From assembly GCA_045543955.1 (NCBI GenBank), contig JAZPYB010000025.1, positions 23,289 through 87,288 on the forward strand: a stretch of 64,000 nt of DNA, in the 5' to 3' direction. Of this stretch, positions 55,212 to 64,000 are shown one piece after another (the stretch's first letter is position 1; each line of letters begins with the position of its first letter). The notes beneath the pieces were generated by a model. The model did no database searches, was not told the DNA's origin, and saw only the letters and a list, made by a program, of their open reading frames with translations. The stretch comes from Eubacteriales bacterium. Lineage in GTDB: Bacteria; Bacillota; Clostridia; Oscillospirales; CAG-272. A program made the translations under genes and the position numbers.

Positions 55212-55727
55212 ATGCAAGATATTTTAATTGTAGTTGATATGCAAAATGACTTTATAGATGGTGCACTTGGCACGACCGAGGCTGTGTCAATTGTGCCAAC
55301 TGTAAAGGATGTGATTTTATCTCATAATGGTAGAGTGATTTTTACAAAAGACACACACTCCCCCGACTATTTGTCAACTCAAGAGGGTAAAAATCTACCG
55401 GTTGAGCACTGTATAAAGGGCGCAAAAGGGTGGGAAATTTGTCCAGTCTTGGCCGAGTATGCGAGCGAGGTAATAGAAAAGCCGACCTTTGGCTCAGTTG
55501 CACTTGCCGAAAGATTAAAAAAGGATAACGAAACAAATCCAATAGAGAAAATCACTCTTGTGGGACTTTGCACCGATATTTGTGTTATTTCAAATGCGCT
55601 TTTACTAAAAGCGACCTTTCCCGAAATTGAAATTTCAGTAATATCAAAGGCTTGTGCGGGCGTAACTCCCAAGAGCCACGAAAATGCATTAAATGCAATG
55701 AAAATGTGCCAAATTATAGTTAAATAA
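55212..55727 (+). CDS. Isochorismatase-family cysteine hydrolase (nicotinamidase-like)
   Basis: It has VVDMQNDF and the catalytic Cys in GLCTDICV. Confidence 0.75.
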   Translation: MQDILIVVDMQNDFIDGALGTTEAVSIVPTVKDVILSHNGRVIFTKDTHSPDYLSTQEGKNLPVEHCIKGAKGWEICPVLAEYASEVIEKPTFGSVALAERLKKDNETNPIEKITLVGLCTDICVISNALLLKATFPEIEISVISKACAGVTPKSHENALNAMKMCQIIVK

Positions 55728-55738
55728 GGAGAAAAAAT

Positions 55739-56047
55739 ATGGCTAACGAGATTTTAGATAACAATGAATACGAAGAAGAGGATATAATTACCTTAACAAG
55801 CCCAGACGGAGAAGAAATTGATTTTATAGAGATCGCAGGAATAGAGCATAATGGTGGATTTTACTTGATTTTACAACCTGTAGAGCTTTTAGAGGGTATG
55901 GAAGAGGATGAGGCTCTTGTTTTCAAGGTAACGGAGATGGAAAACGGAGAGGAAAAACTCGACATTGAGCTTGATGAAGAAATCATTACTGCGGTTTTTA
56001 AAGAATATGATCGTCTTTATGATGAGGCTCAAAAAAGCGCTGAATAA
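55739..56047 (+). CDS. DUF1292-family small acidic protein
   Basis: The pattern ITLTSPDGEEIDFIEIAGIEHNGGFYLILQPV...ALVFKV matches my memory of DUF1292. Confidence 0.65.
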   Translation: MANEILDNNEYEEEDIITLTSPDGEEIDFIEIAGIEHNGGFYLILQPVELLEGMEEDEALVFKVTEMENGEEKLDIELDEEIITAVFKEYDRLYDEAQKSAE

Positions 56048-56049
56048 TA

Positions 56050-56081
56050 GAAAAAACGCACACCCTGTGTGCGTTTTTTTA
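56050..56081. terminator. Bidirectional terminator
   Basis: cgcacac-cct-gtgtgcg has A6 upstream and T7 downstream. Confidence 0.85.
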
Positions 56082-56083
56082 TT

Positions 56084-57517
56084 TTAACCTCTTGAATATA
56101 GCTTGTTCCAAGCTTTTAATTTTTCTCGGTCAATAGTCTCAAATTGCTCTTTTGTAATTCTAAATGCCCAGTTGTCATCACAGCTGCCAGGAGTATTTAA
56201 ACGTGTGTCCTTGCCATATTTTAATAGGTCTTGAATTGGGAAGATTACAAGTCCTGCGTGGCTGGCAAGCATTGAGCGAATGACTGTATCATAGCAGTTG
56301 TCCCAGTTTGCCCCCTCGTAACCAAAATAGTCAAGGAATTTTTGTCTTTTTTCTTTATCTAAATCCCAAACGTAGCCGAGTAAGGTGTTGTTGTCGTGAG
56401 TACCTGTGTAGGCAACACAGTTGTTTATATAGTTATGTGGGAGGTGCATTGAGTTGTCCTCGCCCAAAAGACCAAATTGTAAAACTCTCATACCGGGGTA
56501 GGTTGAGTCTTTAACTAGCTTTTCAACCGCAGGGGTAATTTCTCCTAAGTCCTCGGCAATTATTAATTTGTCCTTGCAAATGTCGGAAAACGCGTTTATT
56601 AAATTCATTCCAGGTCCCTTTACCCATTTTCCGTTTCGTGCAGTTGTCTCATTTGCTGGAATTGAAAAATACGACTCTAAGCCTCTAAAGTGGTCAATTC
56701 TTACGCCATCAAAAAGCTCACACATAAAGGACATACGCTTTTTCCACCAGGTGTAGCCGTTTTCCTTCATTTTTTCCCAGTTGTAAAGTGGATTTCCCCA
56801 AAGCTGACCATCTTCACTGAAATAATCAGGTGGAACTCCTGCTACATTTGTTGGCTGATAGCGCTCGTCTAACAAAAATTCCTCTGGATTTGCCCAAACA
56901 TCACTAGAGTCGTGAGCCACATAAATTGGCACATCGCCTATGATTTTTACACCCTTTTTGTTGGCATATTCCTTGATTTCTAGCCATTCAGTTATTGCCA
57001 TATACTGAATAAATCTCCAGGCGTGCAAGGTGTCCTTTGTAGGCTTGTTTTTTGTCCATTTTGTCCACTCTGTGTCGCCATTTACACTTTTTAGTGCCAT
57101 AAACTCACAGAATTTTTCAGTTTCCTTATGGTCCTTATAAAAGTCGTCCAAGACCTTAGTTTCTAAAAATCTAGAGGCTGCCTTTTTTAGTAGCTTCATT
57201 CTTTCACGGTTTAGCTTGGTAAACTCACAAGCATAAGGGCTCTTTTGTTTTGCTTCCTCAAGCTCGGCACGTGTTATAAGCTCACGTCTATATAATTTTT
57301 CTACATCAATAAAATTAGGGTTTATACTAAATGCCGAATATGATTTATAAGGAGAGTTATATTCATCAGGCAAACAAAAGGGAAGAACCTGCCAATAGCC
57401 AAAGCCACATTCGGAAAGAAAATCTATAAACTCCTTTGCACTTTTTGAAAACGCACCCTCAGAGTAGTCGCCCCAAAGGGTAGAAACATGCATTAAAACG
57501 CCACTTGATCTTTTCAT
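56084..57517 (-). CDS. malQ: 4-alpha-glucanotransferase (amylomaltase, GH77)
   Basis: It has the RIDHFRG motif, GDVPIYV and YTGTHDN. Confidence 0.92.
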   Translation of the reverse strand: MKRSSGVLMHVSTLWGDYSEGAFSKSAKEFIDFLSECGFGYWQVLPFCLPDEYNSPYKSYSAFSINPNFIDVEKLYRRELITRAELEEAKQKSPYACEFTKLNRERMKLLKKAASRFLETKVLDDFYKDHKETEKFCEFMALKSVNGDTEWTKWTKNKPTKDTLHAWRFIQYMAITEWLEIKEYANKKGVKIIGDVPIYVAHDSSDVWANPEEFLLDERYQPTNVAGVPPDYFSEDGQLWGNPLYNWEKMKENGYTWWKKRMSFMCELFDGVRIDHFRGLESYFSIPANETTARNGKWVKGPGMNLINAFSDICKDKLIIAEDLGEITPAVEKLVKDSTYPGMRVLQFGLLGEDNSMHLPHNYINNCVAYTGTHDNNTLLGYVWDLDKEKRQKFLDYFGYEGANWDNCYDTVIRSMLASHAGLVIFPIQDLLKYGKDTRLNTPGSCDDNWAFRITKEQFETIDREKLKAWNKLYSRG

Positions 57518-57615
57518 AAAATCTCCTAAAATATTTATATTTTTATTCTATCATATGAAAGAGCATATTTCAATAATAAAAATTTTGAATTTAGAATAAA
57601 TAATATTGTAAAAAC

Positions 57616-57644
57616 ATTGAAAATCCTTTTAAAAAGTATTATAC
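57616..57644 (+). promoter_or_regulatory. Sigma-A promoter
   Basis: It reads TTGAAA, a 17-nt spacer, then TATACT. Confidence 0.55.
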
Positions 57645-57675
57645 TGAAATAGTAATATTTAGTAAGGAGATTTAT

Positions 57676-58473
57676 ATGTCAGACACATCATTATTTGGCA
57701 CAAGGCACATAGTTTTTATTGTTATTTCCCTTTTGCTAATCGTCGGACTTTATATCTTGTCAAGAAGGTTTAGCATAAAGCTTCTTTCCAAGGTGTTACT
57801 CGGCGTAGGGCTAGTTTCGGAAATTGTAAAAGTATTTGCCTACATAATTATGAACGAGGATAAGGAATTTTTGCCAGGAATTACCTTTGATGGGGTTTTG
57901 CCTAAGACAGATTTGCCTTTCCAGCTTTGTTCAATTCAAATTCTTTTTATATTAGTAGTTAACATTTCTAAGAGCGAAAAGGTAAAAAGGTTTATTTATA
58001 GCTTTATGATGCCAAGCTGTATGGTTGGTGGTATCGCTGCTATATTAATTGCCACAAGCTCGTCAAGGAGCAACTGGGTAATCGCTTGTCAATACTTCCT
58101 TTATCACGTAGCAATCGTTGTTTTTGGTCTTCGTTTGCTAACTGCAAAGGAAATGAAGTGGAGAATAAAGGATTACAGAAATGCACTTATTATGTTAACC
58201 GGTATTATCTTTTTCTCAATTTACATCAACAGTATGCTTTTTGATGGAGTAAGCGATATAAACTTTATGTATGTTGTTCACCCACCACAAAAGAACCTGC
58301 CTTACCTACACGACAACGACGGCTGGCTTGGCTATATACTGAGATATTTACTACTTGTTGTTTTTGTTGTAACTGCTACCTTCTCAAAGGCAATAGTTGT
58401 ATCAATTATCGAGAAAATCAAAGCGAAAAAAGAGCTTAAAGAAAAGCTGAATAAAAATATACAAGGAGAATAA
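57676..58473 (+). CDS. Polytopic integral membrane protein, unknown function
   Basis: It has about 7 hydrophobic segments and a GGAG RBS. Its stop lies 2 nt before the next ATG. I cannot confirm any family assignment. Confidence 0.6.
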   Translation: MSDTSLFGTRHIVFIVISLLLIVGLYILSRRFSIKLLSKVLLGVGLVSEIVKVFAYIIMNEDKEFLPGITFDGVLPKTDLPFQLCSIQILFILVVNISKSEKVKRFIYSFMMPSCMVGGIAAILIATSSSRSNWVIACQYFLYHVAIVVFGLRLLTAKEMKWRIKDYRNALIMLTGIIFFSIYINSMLFDGVSDINFMYVVHPPQKNLPYLHDNDGWLGYILRYLLLVVFVVTATFSKAIVVSIIEKIKAKKELKEKLNKNIQGE

Positions 58474-58475
58474 AA

Positions 58476-61400
58476 ATGAAAAGAAAAGGTTTATTAGCCA
58501 TGCTTTTAATCACGGTGCTTGTTTCATTGGTGGCTGTTTTGGCTTCCTGTGGAGGAAATGCAAGTGATAAATGCATTCATGTGTGGAAAGATGTTCATTC
58601 AAGTGAGCCAACCTGCGAAGAGTCAGGCTTTGTTGAGCAAAAATGCTACGAGTGTGGCGCAACATCAACTAAAACACTTGCACCTTTAGACCATGAGCCA
58701 GTAGAAGTTCTTGGTCGCGCACCAACCTGTACAGAGCCCGGTATGAGCAATGGTTCTAATTGCAAATATTGCGACAAGGTAATTGTACCACAAGACGAGC
58801 TTAAGCCAACTGGTCACATAATAGTAACAGTTGAAGGAAAAGAAGCAACCTGTACTGAGAAAGGTCTTTCCGATGGAGAAAGCTGCTCAGTATGTAAAGC
58901 CGTTTTTAAAGAGCAAGAGGAAATTGATTTAATAGACCACCAATGGATTGTAGAGGATGGTTATGACGCAACATGCGAGGAGGAAGGACTTTCCAACCGT
59001 TCATATTGCTCTATGTGTGAAGAGATTCGAGAGGAACATGTAGTAATCCCTGCCAAGGGACACAACTTTGTTTCCAACTATGATGGATATCCTTCAACCT
59101 GTACAGAGGTTGGATATTCCGATAGCACATATTGCGCGAACTGTGGTCTTGAAGGAGAAGAAAGAAAAGAACTACCACTAGCTGACCACGTGCTTGTCTA
59201 TAATGGCGATGGTCGCCCAGCAACATGCACTGAAAACGGTCTTACTGAAAGTACTTATTGCGAAAGCTGTGGTGAGGTAATTGACGAGCAAACCATTATA
59301 GAATATACAGGACACAATGTGGTTTCTATAGGTGGAAAGAAAGCAACATGTAGAAGCACAGGCTCAACAGAAAGTAAGCAATGTGCTACTTGCAAAATGG
59401 TAATAGCTGAGTCAGTTATAATACCAAAAACTGGTCATAGCTTCGAAAATGGCACATGCTCCGAATGTAAGCTTTCCATTTCAAATGGACTTACATATGT
59501 AAAGAACGGCGCTGGCAACGGCTATATTGTAGTTGATAAGGGCTCCTTTGAGGGCACTCTAGTAGTTGTTCCTGATACATATGAAGGACTTCCAGTTGTT
59601 GCAATTGGAGAGGGCGCATTCAAGGGGGAAGCAATAACCAGTGTTACTCTTATAGGCGAAACAACAACTATTGAAAAGAACGCATTTGAGGGATGCACCT
59701 CACTTACAGAGGTTAATTTGCCAAAGAGTGTAGTAAGTGTTGGCGAAAATGCCTTCAATGGCTGTACTTCACTTGATTATATAAGCTGTGAAGACTTTTC
59801 ACAAAGCTACGAATGGGCACAGGGCTGGAATGGCGAAGCTAATATCGTTATAAAGGCTGAGCAAAAGGAAGGCTTTAGCGCATTCGAAATTTATCTTCTT
59901 GCTATACAAACAATGCAAAATAAGATTGATCGCTACAAAATGAGCACAACTCAAAACATGTCAGTTTATATGAATGGCATGGAAATGATGAACATAACAA
60001 ACAAAGAGCATTATGAATATGCCGTAGATGATCTTTACACTTATATTTACGACGGAGATAGTCAGTCTGAAATGTACGTTTGGTATATAGACGAGGTTTT
60101 GTACGTTATTCAAGATGGCATTTACGCAAAAATGACTGCAAGCCCGGAGTATTTCCGTGATTCTTCAAATCAAATGTATGAAACACTCAATGTTTTCGAG
60201 GAAAAATATTTCGATAATGCAGAATTTTATCGTAATACTGATGGCACATATTCTCTAGTTCTCGTTATGAGCAATGAGCACATGGCGGACCTTGTTGAAA
60301 GAGTTTTAGGTATGGATTCTGCAACGGTTACTATGACCTCTTGCATTTATTCATATGATTTTGATGCAAACGGTTATCTTTCTGCAATGTACGCTGATGC
60401 TGTTTTCACAATTGGCGACGGTATTCAATCAGCAACAGGCATACTTGACCAAGATACAATTCTTGCAGAGGTTGGTACATTAGCTTCAGTTAAGCAACCA
60501 GTAGGCAACTTTATTGATGTAACAAATAAAAACTGCACCCACCCAACAAATAGTATAATAATTGTTCCTGGCTTTGAAGCAAGCTGCACAGTAGATGGAC
60601 TAACAGATGGTGCATATTGCGCAAATTGCTATGCAACAATAAAAGCGTCTTCTCAAATCAAGGCAACGGGACACAAGTATAAGAATGAAAAATGTACAGT
60701 CTGTGGAAAGCTTGAAAACCAAAGTGAGGGCTTGTACTATGAGATTTCAGATGACGGAAAAACAGTTTACCTAGCAGGCATGGGAACATATAATGGCACA
60801 GATGTTGTCGTTCCTGAGAAAATGTTTGGCGTTCCTGTTGTTGGAATTAAAGCAGGCGCGTTTGATGGCGCAAACATCACTAGCCTCTCCTTGCCAAACA
60901 CTATTAGAGATATAGAAAAAGGCACATTCGATGGATGTGATACCTTGAAAAAGGTAGCATGCCCACTTTGGATTGTTTCATCACTTCCTCAAAGCGTTGA
61001 GGACTTAACTATTACTGACGGCACATCAATTTCTCAAAGTGATTTTTCTAACCTTACCGAGCTTAGAATCCTCGAATTGCCTGAAACCATTACCGAAATT
61101 GCAGATGGCGCATTCGAAAACTCTCCAAAGCTCACATATATTTATAACTTCTCATCCCTCGAAATCGTAGCAGGCGAGGCATCATATGGTGGAATTGCAA
61201 AAAATGCAATACAAATATATACAGACCCATACCAAGAAAAATATATTCAATGTGTTGGCGACTTCTTCTTTAGTGGTATTGAAGAATTTTCTTTAGTACA
61301 CTATATCGGAAATAGCGAGCATCTTGTTCTTCCAGATGGCATAAATGGCGAAATGTATACTATATCAGCCAATGTGTTTGAAAACCACAATGAAATAGTT

Positions 61401-62474
61401 AGCATTACAATTCCAGAGAATATTCGAAAGATGGATGTAGATGCGTTCAAGGGATGCACAAATGTTAAGAATGTCACCACTTATAAAACCACATTTTTCA
61501 CAACAAAATCACTTCCATTTTCTATAACTGAGGTTGCAATTTTAGGCAATGAAATTTTCCAAGAATCATTTAAGTCCTATGGCAATATTACAACAGTAAC
61601 AATTTCTGCCGATGTAACTACAATAGGCTGGAATGCATTTTTAAGCTGTGACTCTCTTACAACTGTAAATTATTTAGGAACAATAGAGGATTGGTCAAAT
61701 ATAACCTTCGCTAGCAGTTATTCAAATCCTGTATATTTCACAAAGAAGCTAGTTATAGAAGGAGAAGAGGTAACTAACCTTATAATACCTGATACAGTAA
61801 CTGAAATTAAGCCTTATGCATTCAATAATTGTGAAAGCCTAACAAGCATTACAATAGGCAATGGAGTAACCAGCATTGGTACTTATGCATTTGATGGCTG
61901 TATTAACGTAACAAGTCTTACAATAGGCGAAGGCGTAAAGGACATTGCTGATTATGCATTCTATAACCTTAAAGGCTTGAATGAATTGAATTTCAATGCT
62001 AAAGAGATGAATAATTTAAGCTCAGGCATGTACGGAAGTACAGTTAACTATGCCTTTTACAATGCGGGAAAAAATGGAGATGGCATAAAGGTAACAATAG
62101 GCAATACTGCAAAAAGAGTTCCTGCGCATTTGCTTTGCCCAAGCACATATACTGATGCTTCTTCAGGATTACCAAAGGTGGCAAGCATTGAATTTGAGGA
62201 GAATAGCGTTTGTGAGGAAATAGGCTCACGCGCATTCTATGGTTGCTCAGAAATAACAAGCATTGAAATCCCAGCAACTGTAAAACAAATTGGCGCTGCT
62301 GCATTCCACAAATCCAATTCACTAACAAAAGTAACCTTTAAAAATACCGAAGGCTGGTATTGCATAGAGGAAGACACCACAGAACCAGAGATAGCTATTA
62401 CAATAGCAGATGAAGCTACCGCTGCAACTTATTTAAGCTCAAAATATTGCTTCTATAATTGGTATCGCGAATAA
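58476..62474 (+). CDS. Giant surface lipoprotein: His/Cys3 repeat array plus BspA-type leucine-rich repeats
   Basis: The lipobox is VAVLAS|C. Seven consecutive repeats of about 41 aa lie at 58566-59480, with a further copy at about 60533-60715. BspA-type LRR units (e.g. IPDTVTEIKPYAFNNCESLTSITIGNGVTSIGTYAFDGC) fill most of the remainder. Confidence 0.8.
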   Translation: MKRKGLLAMLLITVLVSLVAVLASCGGNASDKCIHVWKDVHSSEPTCEESGFVEQKCYECGATSTKTLAPLDHEPVEVLGRAPTCTEPGMSNGSNCKYCDKVIVPQDELKPTGHIIVTVEGKEATCTEKGLSDGESCSVCKAVFKEQEEIDLIDHQWIVEDGYDATCEEEGLSNRSYCSMCEEIREEHVVIPAKGHNFVSNYDGYPSTCTEVGYSDSTYCANCGLEGEERKELPLADHVLVYNGDGRPATCTENGLTESTYCESCGEVIDEQTIIEYTGHNVVSIGGKKATCRSTGSTESKQCATCKMVIAESVIIPKTGHSFENGTCSECKLSISNGLTYVKNGAGNGYIVVDKGSFEGTLVVVPDTYEGLPVVAIGEGAFKGEAITSVTLIGETTTIEKNAFEGCTSLTEVNLPKSVVSVGENAFNGCTSLDYISCEDFSQSYEWAQGWNGEANIVIKAEQKEGFSAFEIYLLAIQTMQNKIDRYKMSTTQNMSVYMNGMEMMNITNKEHYEYAVDDLYTYIYDGDSQSEMYVWYIDEVLYVIQDGIYAKMTASPEYFRDSSNQMYETLNVFEEKYFDNAEFYRNTDGTYSLVLVMSNEHMADLVERVLGMDSATVTMTSCIYSYDFDANGYLSAMYADAVFTIGDGIQSATGILDQDTILAEVGTLASVKQPVGNFIDVTNKNCTHPTNSIIIVPGFEASCTVDGLTDGAYCANCYATIKASSQIKATGHKYKNEKCTVCGKLENQSEGLYYEISDDGKTVYLAGMGTYNGTDVVVPEKMFGVPVVGIKAGAFDGANITSLSLPNTIRDIEKGTFDGCDTLKKVACPLWIVSSLPQSVEDLTITDGTSISQSDFSNLTELRILELPETITEIADGAFENSPKLTYIYNFSSLEIVAGEASYGGIAKNAIQIYTDPYQEKYIQCVGDFFFSGIEEFSLVHYIGNSEHLVLPDGINGEMYTISANVFENHNEIVSITIPENIRKMDVDAFKGCTNVKNVTTYKTTFFTTKSLPFSITEVAILGNEIFQESFKSYGNITTVTISADVTTIGWNAFLSCDSLTTVNYLGTIEDWSNITFASSYSNPVYFTKKLVIEGEEVTNLIIPDTVTEIKPYAFNNCESLTSITIGNGVTSIGTYAFDGCINVTSLTIGEGVKDIADYAFYNLKGLNELNFNAKEMNNLSSGMYGSTVNYAFYNAGKNGDGIKVTIGNTAKRVPAHLLCPSTYTDASSGLPKVASIEFEENSVCEEIGSRAFYGCSEITSIEIPATVKQIGAAAFHKSNSLTKVTFKNTEGWYCIEEDTTEPEIAITIADEATAATYLSSKYCFYNWYRE

Positions 62475-62481
62475 TAAAAAC

Positions 62482-62513
62482 AAAAAACACGCACCACGGT
62501 GCGTGTTTTTTTA
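62482..62513. terminator. Bidirectional terminator
   Basis: acacgcac-cacg-gtgcgtgt is flanked by A and T runs. Confidence 0.85.
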
Positions 62514-62594
62514 CTTTAATTATCAAATTTGGAAATGCTGGCAATTTGAGATTTCCTGTTATTTCGGTTTTACCCGTCTTAAAATTCTCAACAA

Positions 62595-63458
62595 TTATGC
62601 CTTGTTTACAGAACCGAATAGCTCCATCTTTTCCTTAACAGTAGCCTTGATAGCCTCAAAGCCAGGAGCGAGAAGCTTTCTTGGGTCGAAGCCCTTACCG
62701 GAAAGGTCCTTACCCTCTTCAACATACTTTCTTGTAGCTGCTGCGAATGAGAGCTGACATTCTGTGTTAACGTTGATTTTTGAAACGCCAAGTGAGATAG
62801 CCTTCTTAATCATATCCTCAGGGATACCTGTGCCACCGTGAAGAACGAGAGGCATATCGCCTGTCTTTTCGCTGATTGCAGCAAGAACGTCAAAGTTAAG
62901 ACCTGCCCAGTTAGCTGGGTACTTACCGTGAATGTTACCGATACCAGCAGCAAGCATTGTAACACCAAGGTCAGCAACCATCTTGCACTCGTCTGGGTCT
63001 GCACATTCGCCTGCGCCTACAACGCCGTCCTCTTCGCCACCGATTGAGCCAACCTCAGCCTCAAGTGAGATGCCAAGAACATTACAAGCGTTAACAAGCT
63101 CAGTTGTCTTTTTAACGTTTTCTTCGATTGGGTAGTGTGAACCATCAAACATAACAGAGGAGAAGCCTGCGTTGATACAAGCCTTAGCGCCCTCGTATGA
63201 GCCGTGGTCGAGGTGAAGAGCAACAGGAACAGTGATGTTTAAGCACTTAATCATGCCCTTAACCATGCCAACAATGGTCTCATAGCCACACATGTATTTA
63301 CCAGCACCCTCGGAAACACCGAGAATAACAGGTGAGTTGCACTCTTGAGCTGTCAAAAGGATAGCCTTTGTCCACTCAAGGTTATTGATGTTGAATTGAC
63401 CTACGGCATATTTGCCTGCTTTTGCTTTTTCAAGCATTTCTTTTGCTGAAACTAACAT
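62595..63458 (-). CDS. fba: Class II fructose-1,6-bisphosphate aldolase
   Basis: It has the zinc-ligand context ALHLDHGS and LVLHGGTG. Length is 287 aa. Confidence 0.92.
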   Translation of the reverse strand: MLVSAKEMLEKAKAGKYAVGQFNINNLEWTKAILLTAQECNSPVILGVSEGAGKYMCGYETIVGMVKGMIKCLNITVPVALHLDHGSYEGAKACINAGFSSVMFDGSHYPIEENVKKTTELVNACNVLGISLEAEVGSIGGEEDGVVGAGECADPDECKMVADLGVTMLAAGIGNIHGKYPANWAGLNFDVLAAISEKTGDMPLVLHGGTGIPEDMIKKAISLGVSKINVNTECQLSFAAATRKYVEEGKDLSGKGFDPRKLLAPGFEAIKATVKEKMELFGSVNKA

Positions 63459-63543
63459 AATTTAATCTCCTTAATTTTAGCTTTAAATTTTTTCCTTGTA
63501 TATTTTACTACAAATTACGTGTAAAATCAATATATTTTTAAAA

Positions 63544-63999
63544 TTACTTAAAAATACTTATAATATAATTATTTTTTTCAAAGGTTTCTATTTCTTCCTT
63601 TGTGGTGTCTATTTTTTTTAGATATGAGAAGTTTAAGCCCAATTTCTTGATAACTGCCTCTTTACCTGTCCATATTTTAAAAAACGTAACTACATCATTA
63701 CCGTTTTTATTTAATAATTCTATCTCATTATCTACAAAAAATCTTTTGGAAAATGCTATAGCTCTGTCCTTGTAAGAATAATCGATTTTTTCACAATCTA
63801 TGCCAACGGGTGAGTCACTTATACAAACTGCACAAAAGCCATTAGTGTGAGATATACTAAAATAAATTGGAATGTCCTTTAAAAAAGGCTTTCCATTCTC
63901 ATTTTTTATAATTTCGTATTCAAAAAAACCTTCGCTTTTAAGTAGGTCATCGAGCAGAGAATAGGCGATATTATGCTCAAGCTCGTGCTTACTTTTTGC
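63544..63999 (-). CDS. Sfp-type 4'-phosphopantetheinyl transferase, C-terminal 151 aa (start lies outside the window)
   Basis: This ORF is not in the track. I translated the minus frame by hand: ..NENGKPFL..YFSISHTNGFCAVCISDSPVGIDCEKI...FFKIWTGKEAVIKKLG.., stop TAA at 63546-63544. It has the GIDxE and W..KEA.(I/L)K PPTase motifs. Confidence 0.7.
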   Translation of the reverse strand, partial: AKSKHELEHNIAYSLLDDLLKSEGFFEYEIIKNENGKPFLKDIPIYFSISHTNGFCAVCISDSPVGIDCEKIDYSYKDRAIAFSKRFFVDNEIELLNKNGNDVVTFFKIWTGKEAVIKKLGLNFSYLKKIDTTKEEIETFEKNNYIISIFK

Positions 64000-64000
64000 A

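Noticed and set aside
62503-63223. Plus-strand and alternate-frame ORFs over fba (62503..62757, 62606..62791, 62810..63004, 62838..63047, 62932..63135, 63017..63223)
   Set aside because: All are shadows of the strongly supported class II aldolase gene.
1-64000. A search for tRNA, rRNA, CRISPR, IS elements, integrases, toxin-antitoxin pairs or defence genes
   Set aside because: I noticed no transposase, integrase or recombinase motif and no long inverted or direct repeat. No intergenic region is long enough for rRNA, and the intergenic stretches I read held no cloverleaf-like tRNA. The orphan XRE regulator (15053..15337) has no partner ORF, so I do not call it a TA or prophage remnant.

Overview
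This is a 64-kb, densely coding, low-GC chromosome segment with about 47 real genes on both strands. Gene content and order suggest a Clostridia-class Bacillota genome, but this is inference because no marker RNA is present. Most of it is housekeeping: the rsmB-rlmN-stp-prkC-rsgA cluster, a deoC-deoD-deoB-cdd-pdp nucleoside operon, hpf, a PPi-type phosphofructokinase, a DUF1846 protein, recG, glcK, divergent asd-ask-hom and thrC threonine genes, GTP-PEPCK, tyrS, a GH3 enzyme, malQ, fba and a partial Sfp-type PPTase at the right edge. I saw no rRNA, tRNA, CRISPR array, transposase, integrase or phage gene. Three accessory blocks stand out. (i) 19.1-32.2 kb is a 13-kb seven-gene operon. It combines two complete sugar-type ABC permease pairs with a 1231-aa secreted binding protein carrying tandem CBM-like modules, a secreted NHL-propeller/TPR/Yip1 membrane protein and a 952-aa secreted DUF5696-like protein. 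It has no ATPase, no regulator and no recognisable CAZyme, and is the best candidate for an undescribed system. (ii) 38.3-47.4 kb holds two large lipoproteins flanking a fused MacB/FtsX-type ABC protein with a roughly 680-aa ectodomain. One of the lipoprotein genes is frameshifted. (iii) 57.7-62.5 kb holds a polytopic membrane protein translationally coupled to a 1332-aa BspA-LRR lipoprotein. Blocks (ii) and (iii) share an unnamed extracellular repeat of about 41 aa with the spacing His...Cys-X10-Cys-X2-Cys. Smaller points are a PASTA-less PrkC, an orphan 73-aa acidic protein with a consensus promoter, a perfect 17-bp palindrome upstream of the big operon, and a domain-permuted GH3. All family calls come from reading motifs by eye. 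No database search was run.
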